This document shows positions 23,832 through 37,065 of a DNA stretch of 64,000 nt, piece after piece (position 1 is the stretch's first letter; each line of letters opens with the position of its first letter). The stretch is from Octopus sinensis (Eukaryota), in contig NC_043026.1 in assembly GCF_006345805.1 (NCBI RefSeq), forward strand, positions 12,689,579 through 12,753,578, written 5' to 3'. Below the pieces are notes generated by a model, which worked only from the letters and a program-made list of their open reading frames with translations, did no database searches and was not told the DNA's origin. Made by a program: the position numbers and the translations under genes.

Positions 23832-26382
23832 CTGTATTTTTTATGAAATGTCTTTGCAGCTCACAGCAACAGACATTTTAGAACCCTTTCTCCTTGTGGG
23901 CATTGTCAGTAACTGATGAACCCTTGGTAACATTCATAATCATCAGGGTTCCTTTTTGAGGTATTGTTAATGATGCCAACCCCTTTTGTAAGCACTTACC
24001 TGGGATACACATAGTTTTGCTGGGCACAGGTATTCGTTAGAATTGTGTGTAGAAAATAATTTGTATAACCATAAATATTGCCACTTTAGGAAGCACTAGA
24101 TTAGACAATTGTGAGGAGTGGAAACAGTGATGTGCAGATAAATATAGTTGTGTGTGTAGCAGAATGTAGCAGACACGAGAGGCCCATTGATATTAAAGCT
24201 GAAATCTAAAAGAGGAGAAACGTGTGAGGCAGTGCAGCATCATGAGAGCAGATGGTGGAGAAATCCAGGTGAACATCTTTTAGAGTAACTGGGTTTTTAG
24301 CAAGACACAATTTCTTGCATACTGAAAATATATACTCCATGAAGAAGATTGTGAAATCGTGTGGAGGTGACGTGGTTAAATAAATATGTCTTCAACACTG
24401 AAACTTGCAGACTTGGTTTTTATATGTACCTAAATATGTATGTTTGATTGCTTCTCGTTTATTAATTGCATCCAAGGTGTTTGTTGATGCTGGGCTTTGA
24501 TCTTTGTTTGCTTGTTTATTTCAGCTTGCTTCTTATTCCTCTGTGTCAATTTGCTTCTGATGAAGCAATTAGATGAACAAAGCTGCTCTTCTTTGTGTTT
24601 CTCTAGGCTGTGGGTTCGTTTAGTATCTCAGATAAAAAGTTGAATACATCGTTAGAGCAAATCCAACTCTACGCTTAATAAATCTTTCTGGTTTTGTGTT
24701 GAGATATTGAAAAGCTGTGGGCCCTGGATATCCTAAACCGTTGCAGTATTGGATTCTTACCCAAGATGGAAAGTAGAAGGTGTTTGGTACGATGTAGTGG
24801 CGTTCAGTTGAGCTGTTTGTATAGATTTCATTACCAAATTTAGGGGTAGACCTTAAAAACAGTATATATGTATATACAACGTGCTTCTTACACTTTGCGT
24901 CATCCAAATCCACTCACAAGGCTTCAGCTGGCCCGAGGCTATAGTAGAAGAAACTTACCCAAGGTGCCAAGCAGTGGAACTGAACCGGGGAACCATGTGA
25001 TTGATAAGCAAGCTACGTACCACACAATTTTTTTTTTAAATGCTTGAAATTGTGTAGATTACAATTATATAGAAATTTGTTGGGGGAAAACACTACCTGG
25101 AGTAGGGGTGGGCAATTCACAGACTTTGTGAAAACGTATGAGGAAATAAAGATGTGTGAATTAGCCAAAACTCCTGTCCCCTCATCCTGAAAATGTTTCT
25201 CACAAGTGGTAGAAATAGACGAGATGGTCTTGTCATCTGTGCCTGGGTTAGAGGTAAGGTGCCTCATTTGGGATGCCACACTCTGCTACTCCTTTGCTCC
25301 TTCTCACATCCTGGATGCTGCAGTTAATGGCAGGGTCACTGCTTCCGTAGCCGAATGGAAGAAAACCCTGAGGTATCGGGACCTGACAGTGAACTATCTC
25401 TTCCACCTTGTGGTGTTTGAGACATTCAGAGGGACTAGGCCATTATCCATGAAGTTCTTGTCAACATTGGCAGGTGATGCCCGTGTGGGTGCATGGTTTT
25501 TCTTAACACCTGAGCCTCGCTGTCACCTGTAGTAATACTGGGAGGATGCTGGATTGCTTTAGTAGGTTCTATCAAACCTTGTGGGGTGCAACCAGCTGCT
25601 GTGATAAAAGAAATACCTCCTAATATGCTGCAAATGCCTTATTTTGGTTTGGAAAAGTGGGAGGACACCCCCATCTTGGAATCGATGGAAATTTATTTTT
25701 TTCATTGAATGAATTCCTCTGACCTAATATGCTCCAGAACCTGTTTTGGGGTCCGAAAAACAGGATGGAGGGAGCTGGAAGCCTTGGAATGTTCACCCCC
25801 ACCACCATTGATCTTTTGATCCACAAAGTTTTCAGTAAGGAAAAAAAATTGGATTTTTTTGCGTGGAATCAAGTACCCTGACCTAATATGCTGCAAATCC
25901 CTTATTGTCGTTAACAAAAAATTGGGGGACTTCCCCACTTTTTTCATACAGGTGAGAAGATCAGTGAGGGTTGGGTGAAATTTCTGAGGCTTCCACCTCA
26001 CTCCATCCCGTTTTACGGACCCCAAAAAGAGTTTTGTAGCATATTAGGTCACAGGAATTCATTCAAGAAAAAAAAGACGCAAAAATATCCAATGATTCCG
26101 AAATGGGAAGGGGTGACCCTACCCTCTTGTTTTCCAAACCAATATAAGGGACGTGAAGCATCTTATTAGGTCAGGGTACTTGATTCCACCCCAAAAATCC
26201 AAGTTTTGTTTTTTTCTCTTAGTGAAAATCATGCAGTTGTTAATCTTGGGATTGAATGGGAAAAGCAGGCTCTTCATCCAGCTCCCCTTATTCTCCTCAC
26301 CATTCCCATCACAGCCTGCATCACCTCCTGAACCCCACCCGACTCTCACTTTGGGCAGCTTCTATTTTATAATTTTATGCAT

Positions 26383-28828
26383 TTTACTGTTGGTGAAAAA
26401 CAAAGAAAGAGGCTTGGAGAAGCGATTATGAAAGAGTGCTGAATGAGGAGAATGAATGGGAGGAGGAGAGCCTGCCAAATGTTGACCCAGTAGAGGGACC
26501 AGCTCTCTTGTAGTTAAGGCAATTAAGGATATGAAACCAGGTAAAGCCCCCGGCCCATCAGGAATCACTGCTGAGATGCTTAAAACAGCTGGCTATGTGG
26601 GCTATGGCCTAGTCACCCGCATTGTAAACCAGGTAGTTCTGAATGGAGTCATACCCATTGACTGGCGTAGCAGCACCATAGTCAACTGCTACAAGGGTAA
26701 AGGTGATGCTCTTGACAGAAATAACTACAGGGGTATCAAACTGTTGGATCAGGTGATGAAGGTCACAGAGAGGGTCATAACCCTTCTCATTAGGGAGAGA
26801 ATTTGCTTAGATGAGATGCAGTTCGGTTTTGTGCCAGGTAGAAGCACCACCACTAATGCTATATTCCTGGTCCGACAACTGCAGGAGAAGTACCTAGCTA
26901 AAGATAAACCCCTCTACATAGCTTTTGTGGACTTGGAGAAAGCCTTTGACAGGGTTCCTCGATCCCTTATCTGGTGGTCAATGCGGAAACTGGAGATTGA
27001 CGAATGGCTAATAAGGGCTGTACAGGCTCTATACAGAGAGGCTGTCAGCAAGGCTAGGATTGGCAAAGAATATAGTGAAGAACTCCGGGTAGAAGTAGGT
27101 GTACACCAAGGATCAGCCCTCAGTCCCCATTTATTCATCATAGTCCTCCAGGCAATAACAGAGTAATTCAAAACAGGATGCCCCTGGGAGCTCCTCTATG
27201 CTGATGACCTGGCTCTCATAGCAGAATCACTACCGGAACTAGAAAAGAAATTTCGAGTGTGGAAGCAAGGGTTAGAATCAAAGGGCCTTAGAGTAAATGT
27301 AGCAAAGACCAAAGTTATAGTAAGCAAAAAGGCGAACTCATCACACACTCCCTCGGGCAGGTGGCCCTGCTCGATCTGAAGGAAAGGTGTAAGTAGAAAC
27401 TCCATAAGATGCACCCGATGTAAGCTATGGACGCATAAGAGATGCGGCAACATCAAAGGGAAATTAACTGATAAGATAGCTTTCATGTGCGGCAGATGCA
27501 CAGGGACAATAGACACCACAGACACTCAGAAAACAGATTCCATCACACTCCAGGGGAAGAAACTAGAAGTAGTTGATAGTTTCCGCTACCTGGGTGACCA
27601 AGTTAGTAGTGGAGGTGGATGCTCAGAGAGTGTCACCACTAGAATACGAATAGCATGGGCAAAGTTTAGAAAGCTCCTACCCCTACTGGCGACAAAGGGT
27701 CTCTCACTCAGACCGAAAGGTAGATTGTATGATGCATGTGTGCGAACTGCCATGCTTCACGGTAGTGAAACATGGGCTGTGACTGCAGGGGATATGCGTA
27801 GACTTGAAAGAAATGAAGCTAGCATGATCCGCTGGATGTGTAATGTCAGTGTGCACGCATGACAGAGTGTAATCACCCTGAGAGAAATGCTGGACATAAG
27901 AAGCATCAGATGTGGTGTGCAAGAGCGACGCTTGCGATGGTATGGTCATGTGCTGCTGATGGATGAGGAGAGATGTGTGAAGAAGTGCCACTCCTAAACA
28001 GTTGAAGGTATCAGGGGAGAGGTAGACCCAGGAAGACATGGGATGAGATAGTCAAGCATGACCTCAGAGCGTTGGGCCTCACTGAGGCAATGGGGAAGGA
28101 CCGGGACCTCTGGAGATATGCTGTGACTGCAAAGACCCGGGCTGCTTCCTATGCCAGTTCCGCATAGCCCCTGCTCATTGAAAGTACCCTGGATCCCAGA
28201 ACGTCCCGCTATGCTTGAGGAGACCTGTTGAGTCAAGCACATGAACATTGAGATAATTATCAATGGAAATAGTAGTTGTGATACCTGTGCAGGTGGCACA
28301 TTAAAAGCACCATCAAAACGTGGCCGTAGCCTGCACCGCCTCGACACATAAAAAGCACCATCCAAATGTGGCCGTAGCCAGCACCGCCTCGACTGGCTTC
28401 TGTGCCGGTGGCACATAAAAGGCACCATCAAAACGTGGCCTTAGCAAGCACCGCCTCGACACATAAAAAGCACCATCCAAATGTGGCCGTAGCCAGCACC
28501 GCCTCGACTGGCTTCTGTGCCGGTGGCACATAAAAAGCACCATCCAAACGTGGCTGTTGCCAGCGCCGCCTTGGCTGGCTTCCGTGTCGGTGGCACGTTA
28601 AAAGCTCCAACCGATAGTGGCCAATGCCGGAATCCCCCCCCCCCGGCACCTGTGCAGGTGGCATGTAAAAAGCACCCACTACACTTGCGGAGTGGTTGGC
28701 ATTAGGAAGGGCATCCAGCTGTAGAAACTGTGCCAGATCAGACTGGAGCCGGGTGCAGCCCCTAGCTTCCCAGACCCCGGTCGAACCGTCCAACGATGAT
28801 GATGATGGTGATGATGGTTATGATGATG
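26383..28828 (+). mobile_element. 5'-truncated RTE-clade LINE, inactivated
   Basis: RT motifs KAPGPSG, FVDLEKAFDRVP, GVHQGSALSP, stop, then ELLYADD (YADD 27197-27208), and LHGSETW. Several in-frame stops, a (GAT)n tail, and ATGCAT duplicated at 26377-26382 and 28829-28834. The empty site TTTATGCATGC is seen in other units. Confidence 0.92.
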
Positions 28829-29916
28829 ATGCATGCAGGAAACATTAATAGAAGAAAACACTTTCATTTCATTTCTTGTTATGGGTCGGGGGAGGAGGTG
28901 GGGTTTTTGTTTTTGTTTTGTATATTTTGAAAAATTAGAATTTACAGTTTTTTTTTGTTTTTTTCAGAATCGTAATCTCCTTATTTTTCTACAAATTTCA
29001 CCAGAAAAATTTTGTTTATAGTAGAAAATTTAAGAAATTGCTTTGGGAGATTAAAAATTTTTTAATGCAGATTGTTTTTGCAGATTTGGAATCAACGAAC
29101 TCGATATCGTGGGTTCCTGTAAAAACAAAACCCAAAAAACATCGGAAAGAGGGTGCGGTCCATTGTCTTTCCCCACGCCGTAAACGGAACCCTTCCCCCT
29201 TTATTTCAGGATAAAGTAAAAAAACGAAGGAAAGGGATATGGGACTGAAATTTTGATGTTGGGGTTGTTGAAAGAATCTTTTCCAGAATCGAAATTTCCA
29301 TGGCCTAAAAACATGGGATTCCGGAGAGAAAAAAAAACAAAAAGGAATTTGAAAGCCGGGAAGGGCTCCGTTTCGATCTTCGCTATAGTTGAGGGTCGAT
29401 GGTGGAAAAAGTTTGTCGACCCCTGTTAAAGGGTAGGGAACAGCACCTGCTGTGTTTCTAATCATATGTCCGTTTAATGAACAAACATACGGTTATATGC
29501 ATTCTAATGCTAAGATGTAATGATGTCAGAAATATTTGGCTGCTATTTTTAGCAGGTTCAGTGACCATGCGCAGACACTCTTGTTGAGACGTAATTACTA
29601 TTTAGCTGGATGAGGTTTTTATCATTTACCTTGGCTGAGATGCAATTAAAGGTGTGAATTAATATAATTTTAACGTCTCTTCGTGTTATATTGGGGACTT
29701 TTAATATATGTCACCGGTGTCGTTCAACCGCGGGAATAATTATCAACAGCTTTTACACGTGCTTCTAATTAAGACGAATCTAATTATATCAGATGTAGTA
29801 ATACCTCGTGTTCAGGTGAACGTTGATCTCTATGAATAACACGAAGCGACTTACATGATTTGTGATTTAATATTTCTCTTGATCACAGCTTTAGTTGGTT
29901 GATCCCTATTTTACAG

Positions 29917-30112
29917 GAAAGGGGGCAAAAAGCTTTGAATCGAGGAACTTTGCTCGCCCTTCTTCATATTTCATTTGGACCTTAGATCGAAAGCACGAAT
30001 TGTTTGTATGCCCCTTTGTAGCAAATATTGTGCGCATTTCTACTATCCATGGTGGGAAAAACAAAGTGGATTTCAAGAAAGGATCCTGGTCAGATCAACA
30101 AGTATTCTAATG
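29917..30112 (+). other. Predicted upstream 5' UTR exon of unit 5
   Basis: Same acceptor and donor; next acceptor opens at 33257 (intron about 3.1 kb). Confidence 0.6.
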
Positions 30113-30699
30113 GTAAGTGAAAAAATATATCTACATAGCATTTGTTGCACACTTGTTAACGGAGGTGTGTGATATCTAAGACAAGAAACTGAACCATAGG
30201 AGGTTAGTCTATATCTACAGACATTTGTCAGCTTTTTAAGTATTCCCGAAGACAAGCAGGAAGACCTCCCTCACAACGGCTTTCCTTTTGGTAAACGATA
30301 TTTCCCCTTTTGACACCCGATTTGTGTAATTTTCTTTTGAGTCCTTTAATCGTTTAATAATGTATATTTTGTCAGTAAATTTAGGGCATAACTACAGAAA
30401 TGCGGGATCCTTTCGGTTTTGGGAGTTACCAAAATTGAAAATGCAAAAAGTTTATATCATTGTTCTGTGACCCTAACCACATCTTTTCAAGGAGTTCTCA
30501 AAAATGAAGCCCCTAAAAATCGAAATAATATTCTCCGCCTAACCTGAACTCATCATATATATATTTATATATGTATATGTATATATATATAATTATCAAT
30601 AATAATATAGGGTGAAATTAATTAATTTGGAATAATCATCAATTTCACCAAGTAGATTTCGGCATGTAAAAGCCCCATTCAAGGAAGGTTTAAGTAATA

Positions 30700-32462
30700 C
30701 TAAGTAATTAAGGGTTTAGCAACGATTTGCCTCACCACACACCGAATTTAGAAATAGCAGTCAAAAGAGTTTTGGCTCTTCTGCTATTTCTAAATTCGGT
30801 GTGTGGTGAGGCAAATCGTTGCTAAACCCTTAATTACTTGGTTAATATAGGGCGTAACAAATATCAGAAAATCAAAAAAAAAATGTGTGTAATAGGTGTA
30901 AAACAACTTGCTCTAAACGACTATCATGAAAAAAATGCGCGCTCGCGAAAGGGGGGTGGGGGAGAGGCTTCGGAAATTTCACATCTTCAGTCCACGGCCT
31001 TTAAACTAAGAAAAATAGTGTAATTGGTGTAAAACTACTTGTTCTAAACGAGTATCAAGAACACACACTCACACATGAATCATAAAATCATATTTCGCAA
31101 AAAAAAAATAAAGAGAAGAAATTCTGGAAAAAGTGAAGAAATGTTGGATCTCCGCCATGTGAATCAAAATACGTGTCAGAAACATCTTGAAATACTACAG
31201 AAATTATGTTACGAAAATGATAATGTATACATACCTCTTTGAGTGGTCCATCGATAATGATGATAAAGAAATGAGTTGGATTTGAACTCAGAATATTGAC
31301 TAACACAACTACATACTACAAGACTCAAAATATTCAGCCAAGTCACCACCCTTTAACTAGCAATAATAATAACATCAATAACATAACAGCCAAAAGATTT
31401 ATTTGTTCTGAAAATAACAATCATAGTAAATAAATATGTTCTTTAATATTCACATTCATGTGCACAGTTAAACACACTTACATACAAACAGTCACGCATG
31501 CATAATACAAAACGGAACACATAAATGAAGGATGCATTACTTAGTATATATTACATCTAGAGAATTTTGATTAATAAGTCAAATATGCAAATTATAAAGA
31601 TAATTAATTGCTTTACTAAACAGTGTTGTAAAGGTGAAAAAATAAATTTGGGAAAAAAATACACGCCAAAACTAATTAATAAAGGATAATTAGGGAAGGA
31701 TTGACACAAATAATAATTTTTTCTGTCTCTTTTTTTCTGATAAATGCATCTTAATAAGTGAGAAGAATTGCATATATCTGAACTATTTCAAAGAAAAGCA
31801 TAAATTTAATGTTTAAAATAGCTTTAACCAAGGAATGAGATTCAACATTTCTTCACTTTTTCCAGAATTTCTTCTCTTTATTTTTTTTTTTGCGAAATAC
31901 GGAGTTTATGATTCATGTGTGAGTGTGTGTTCTTGATACTCGTTTAGAACAAATAGTTTTACACCAATTACACTATTTTTTCTTAGTTTAAAGGCCGTGG
32001 ACTGAAGATGTGAAATTTCCGAAGCCTCTCCCCCACCCCCCTTTCGCGAGCGCGCATTTTTTTCATGATAGTCGTTTAGAGCAAGTTGTTTTACACCTAT
32101 TACGCTGTTTTTGTTTTTGTGCCCGGTTCAGACGCTTTCGGAAATTCCCGATATAAATATTCCGAGGCCTCTCCCCCACCCCTCTTTCTCGAGAGCGCAT
32201 TTTTTTTTGTCATATTCGTTTAGAGCAAGTTGTTTTACACATATTACACTATTTTTTTTTTGTTTTGGTGCCCGGGTCAGCTCCTCAGACGCTTTCGGAA
32301 CTTCCCGATGTGAATTTTCCGAGGCCTCTCCCCCACCCCCCTTTCGCGTGCGCGAATTTTTTTTTTCATATTCGTTCATAGGAAGTTGTTTTACACCTAT
32401 TACACACATTTTTTTTTTGATTTTCTGATATTTGTTACGCCCTATATTAACCAATTACTTAG
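30700..32462. mobile_element. Composite TA-flanked MITE (Tc1/mariner-type ends)
   Basis: Termini TA-CTAAGTAATT...AATTACTTAG-TA. A perfect 59-bp-stem hairpin at 30702-30839 is fused to an element with long arms 30840-31150 and 31838-32452. Confidence 0.75.
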
Positions 32463-32747
32463 TATATGTATGTATATATATATATAGATAGATAGATAGA
32501 TAGATAGAGAGAAGACCTGCCCTATAACGGGTTTCCTTTTGACACTCGATTTGTGTAATTTTCTTTTGAGCCCTTTAATCGTTTAATAATACATATTTTT
32601 CTCCCTACCTGTTTGAAAGTATTGCACCATCATTTTGTCCACTTGCTTCATCTGTAGAAGTAAAAAATTTCATCAGCATGGTTGTTGTTGAATTTGGGGA
32701 ATCCGAAACATAAGCAAGTGGTAGGCCCTCTTTTGTTTTTCAACAAA

Positions 32748-32995
32748 TCAGCAACGATTTGCTTCACCACACACCGAATTTTAGAAATAGCAGTAAAAAA
32801 ATCTTAGCTATTCCTTCTACTTTAAAGGGAGTTCCCGGAAAAACCAGAGCACTTTAAAACAACCATTCAGGTAAAAGGGAAAAAAATTAACGAAAATCAT
32901 ACTTCCCTTTAAAGTAAAAGGAATAGCTAAGATTTTTTGACTGCCTTTCTAAACTTCGGTGTGTGGTGAAGCAAATCGTTGCTGAACCCTAATTA
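32748..32995. mobile_element. Related hairpin MITE
   Basis: About 85-bp imperfect inverted arms CAGCAACGATTTGCTTCACCACACACCGAA..., homologous to the 30702 hairpin. Confidence 0.7.
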
Positions 32996-33617
32996 TATAG
33001 TATATATATATGTATGTATATATATAATATTATATTATATTATATACAGCTGTAATCATATGGAAATCAGTCTCCAAAGATGTTTGAGAAAAGTCCTTTC
33101 TCTAATATATTTGTGAATTTAAAACTTTTAGGTGACAAATTTTGAATTCTCATTGTTCCTAGAATAATATTTAACTTGTTAATCAGTACAGGAATGTTGT
33201 AACATTTCCGTTTCGGTCTCTCCTCTCTATCTAATTCTGTTTCTTTATTATTTCAGATTCACAGATGACATTGGCATCAAAGAACATTTTTCATCTTTTA
33301 AAGTCTTGAGGAAAAGTTTACACAGAACGCATCTAAGCCTATTTCTATAAATCTTTGGTAGAAATTCTATGAAATGTTTGCTCTGAACTGAGATTAATAG
33401 CAACATTTTTCTATTTCATTAGCTGATGCTTTGCATTCTCGTTACTCTTTGATGACTTTCTAAATTTATAGCATCTTTAGATATCAGTGAAGTTTGCAGT
33501 GGAAACATTTGTAAGGAATAAATAAAAAGAAGGATAAAGATAGGAGTAAAAGTTTAATGTGGTGAGAAAGGCCAAGGATTGGGTCTATTTTGATTCCTCA
33601 AAGAAATACTGAAAAAT

Positions 33618-35306
33618 ATGCGAAAATCATTGTATCGTTGTGATATCTGTGGTAAATCAACCACTAGAAGTGCTGCCTTAGATAGACACAAGCGTACTCA
33701 CACAGGAGAGAAACCATATCACTGTGATATCTGTGGTAAATCATTCATACAAAGCAGTGACTTAACTTCTCACAAACGTGTTCATACAGGAGAGAAACCA
33801 TTTCGCTGTGATATTTGTGGTAAATCCTTCACTCAAAGTGGTGGCTTAACTAATCACAAACGTGTTCATACAGGAGAGAAACCATTTCGCTGTGATATTT
33901 GTGGTAAATCCTTCGCTCAAAGCAAGGGCTTAACTAATCACAAACGTATTCATACAGGAGAGAAGCCATTTCGCTGTGATATTTGTGGTAAATCATTCTC
34001 TCACAGAAGTGCCTTAATTGTACACAAACGTGTTCATACAGGAGAGAAGCCATTTCACTGTGATACGTGTGGCAAATCATTCTCTAGCAGCAATTACCTA
34101 ACTAGCCACAGACATATTCATACAGGAGAGAAGCCATTTCACTGTGATACGTGTGGCAAATCATTCTCTAGCAGCAATTACCTAACTAGCCACAGACATA
34201 TTCATACAGGAGAGAAGCCATTTCGCTGTGATATTTGTGGTAAATCATTCTCTCAAAGTAGTCCCTTAACTGCACACAAACGTGTTCATACAGGAGAGAA
34301 GCCATTTCACTGTGATACGTGTGGCAAATCATTCTCTAGCAGCAATTACCTAACTAGCCACAGACATATTCATACAGGAGAGAAGCCATTTCGCTGTAAT
34401 ATCTGTGGTAAATCATTCTCTCAAAGTAGTCCCTTAACTGCACACAAACGTGTTCATACAGGAGAGAAGCCATTTCACTGTGATACGTGTGGCAAATCAT
34501 TCTCTAGCAGCAATTACCTAACTAGCCACAGACATATTCATACAGGAGAGAAGCCATTTCACTGTGATACGTGTGGCAAATCATTCTCTAGCAGCAATTA
34601 CCTAACTAGCCACAGACATATTCATACAGGAGAGAAGCCATTTCGCTGTGATATTTGTGGTAAATCATTCTCTCAAAGTAGTCCCTTAACTGCACACAAA
34701 CGTGTTCATACAGGAGAGAAGCCATTTCACTGTGATACGTGTGGCAAATCATTCTCTAGCAGCAATTACCTAACTAGCCACAGACATATTCATACAGGAG
34801 AGAAGCCATTTCGCTGTGATATTTGTGGTAAATCATTCTCTCAAAGTAGTCACTTAACTGCACACAAACGTGTTCATACAGGAGAGAAGCCATTTCACTG
34901 TGATATTTGTGGTAAATCCTTCATACAAAGCAATGACTTAACTAAACACAAACGTGTTCATACAGGAGAGAAGCAATTTTGCTGTGATATTTGTGGTAAA
35001 TCCTTCATACAAAGCAATGACTTAACTAAACACAAACGTGTTCATACAGGAGAAAAGCCATTTCGCTGTGATATTTGTGGTAAATCATTCTCTCAAAGCA
35101 ATAACTTAACTAAACACAAACGTGTTCATACAGGAGAGAGGCCATTTCGCTGTGATATTTGTGGTAAATCATTCTCTCAAAGCAATGACTTAACTAAACA
35201 CAAACGTGTTCATACAGGAGAAAAGCCATTTCGCTGTGATATTTGTGGTAAATGCTTCATACAAAGCAGTGACTTAACTAAACACGAACGTGTTCATACA
35301 GGATAG
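33618..35306 (+). CDS. C2H2 zinc-finger array protein, unit 5 (20 fingers, 562 aa)
   Basis: 20 fingers. The paralogous first ATG reads ATA (33606-33608), so the ORF starts at the second Met. It ends at TAG, and the downstream terminal finger is deleted. Confidence 0.9.
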   Translation: MRKSLYRCDICGKSTTRSAALDRHKRTHTGEKPYHCDICGKSFIQSSDLTSHKRVHTGEKPFRCDICGKSFTQSGGLTNHKRVHTGEKPFRCDICGKSFAQSKGLTNHKRIHTGEKPFRCDICGKSFSHRSALIVHKRVHTGEKPFHCDTCGKSFSSSNYLTSHRHIHTGEKPFHCDTCGKSFSSSNYLTSHRHIHTGEKPFRCDICGKSFSQSSPLTAHKRVHTGEKPFHCDTCGKSFSSSNYLTSHRHIHTGEKPFRCNICGKSFSQSSPLTAHKRVHTGEKPFHCDTCGKSFSSSNYLTSHRHIHTGEKPFHCDTCGKSFSSSNYLTSHRHIHTGEKPFRCDICGKSFSQSSPLTAHKRVHTGEKPFHCDTCGKSFSSSNYLTSHRHIHTGEKPFRCDICGKSFSQSSHLTAHKRVHTGEKPFHCDICGKSFIQSNDLTKHKRVHTGEKQFCCDICGKSFIQSNDLTKHKRVHTGEKPFRCDICGKSFSQSNNLTKHKRVHTGERPFRCDICGKSFSQSNDLTKHKRVHTGEKPFRCDICGKCFIQSSDLTKHERVHTG

Positions 35307-37065
35307 AGGCCTTTTTGCCTTTTTGCTGATTTCTGTATTTTTTATGAAATGTCTTTGCAGCACACAGCAACAGACATTTTAAAACCCTTTCTCCTTGTGG
35401 GCATTGTCAGAAACTGATGAACCTTTGGTAATATTTATAATCATCAGGGTTCCTTTTTGAGGTATTGTTAATGATGCCAACCCTTTTGTAAGCACTTACC
35501 TGGGATACACATAGTTTTGCTGGGCACAGGTATTCGTTAGAATTCTGTGTAGAAAATAATTTGTATAACCATAAATATTGCCACTTTAGGAAGCACTAGA
35601 TTAGACAATTGTGAGGAGTGGAAACAGTGATGTGCAGATAAATATAGTTGTGTGTGTAGCAGAATGTAGCAGACACGAGAGGCCCATTGATATTAAAGCT
35701 GAAATCTAAAAGAGGAGAAAACGTGTGAGGCAGTGCAGCATCATGAGAGCAGATGGTGGAGAAATCCAGGTGAACATCTTTTAGAGTAACTGGGTTTTTA
35801 GCAAGACACAATTTCTTGCATACTGAAAATATATACTCCATGAAGAAGATTGTGAAATCGTGTGGAGGTGACGTGGTTAAATAAATATGTCTTCAACACT
35901 GAAACTTGCTGACTTGGTTTTTATATGTACCTAAATATGTATGTTTGATTGCTTCTCGTTTATTAATTGCATCCAAGGTCTTTGTTGATGCTGGGCTTTG
36001 ATCTATGTTTGCTTGTTTATTTCAGCTTGCTTCTTATTCCTCTGTGTCAATTTGCTTCTGATGAAGCAATTAGATGAACAAAGCTGCTATCCCCACTTTT
36101 TTCATGCAGGTGAAATTTCTGAGGCTTCCTCCTCACCTCACCCGTTTTACAGTCCCCAAAAAGCATTGTAGCATATTACGAGGTCACAGAACTTCATCCA
36201 ACGAAAAAAGACAAAAATATCCAATGATTCCAGGGTGGGAAGGGGTCTCCCTCCCCACTTTTTTTCTGAACCCAAATAAGGGATTTGCAGCATATTAAGA
36301 GGTATTTGACTCCACGCAAAAAATCCAAGTTTTTTTTTCTTTTGCTTTGTGAAAATCTTAGAAATTTACTGTTCTACAGTAATTTTCTTTGCTGTAAATA
36401 AATATTTATATCACCTTGGATAAGGGGTGATTTGTTTTTGAAACGCCTTTTAATGGAAACGGTACGTCTTCCATGCCATCAAACATGCGAATCATTTGGC
36501 AATAAATAGCATTATATTTTTGGGTAAATAAAGAGAAATTGGAAAATGTAAAGAAAACAATTTTAATTCTGATATAACCATAATTGGCATACCTACACAA
36601 CTCCTCTCCACTTTGTTTCCTCCTGTCTTTCAAAACAAAAAAAAGTGTGTTTTCAATGAAATTCTCTACAAACATGAAGTGGAGAGAGAACACACAGGGA
36701 AAGGAAAAGCCTACAAACGTCTTCTTTGAAATTTTGTAATTTTCCAGATGGTTAAACTGCTTCATCACACCCTGCCACCCTTCATCCTCTCCTTCCCCAC
36801 ATGCTCCGATCCCTTCTAGCGTGGGATTTGGTGGGTATTTGTCCTGCTCATCCCTTTATTCAGCCCACAACTCCTGTAAACGCCAACTTAACCACCATCG
36901 TCTCCTACCCCCACTGCCAGTATTAACGCTCTTCGTCCTGCTCCCCACTCTACCTCCATCGCTAACCTTCTCCCTACTCCCCTTATTCACCCCACCCTGC
37001 CTGCATCACCACTCAACCACCCCCTCTAGCTCCAGCGCTATTGTCCCCCACCCCATCTGAATTCT

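Larger units (their letters stand above)
1..36090 (+). repeat. Head-to-tail tandem segmental duplication, five ZNF-containing units
   Basis: The anchor CCAGAATCG occurs at 228, 7083, 13839, 20686 and 29283, and non-coding flanks are nearly identical between copies. Confidence 0.95.

Noticed and set aside
28270-28680. Repeat-spacer pattern resembling a CRISPR array (also 41730-41900, 61823-62730)
   Set aside because: There are no unique spacers and no cas genes, and the context is eukaryotic. These are LINE 3' UTR and SINE-derived tandem repeats.
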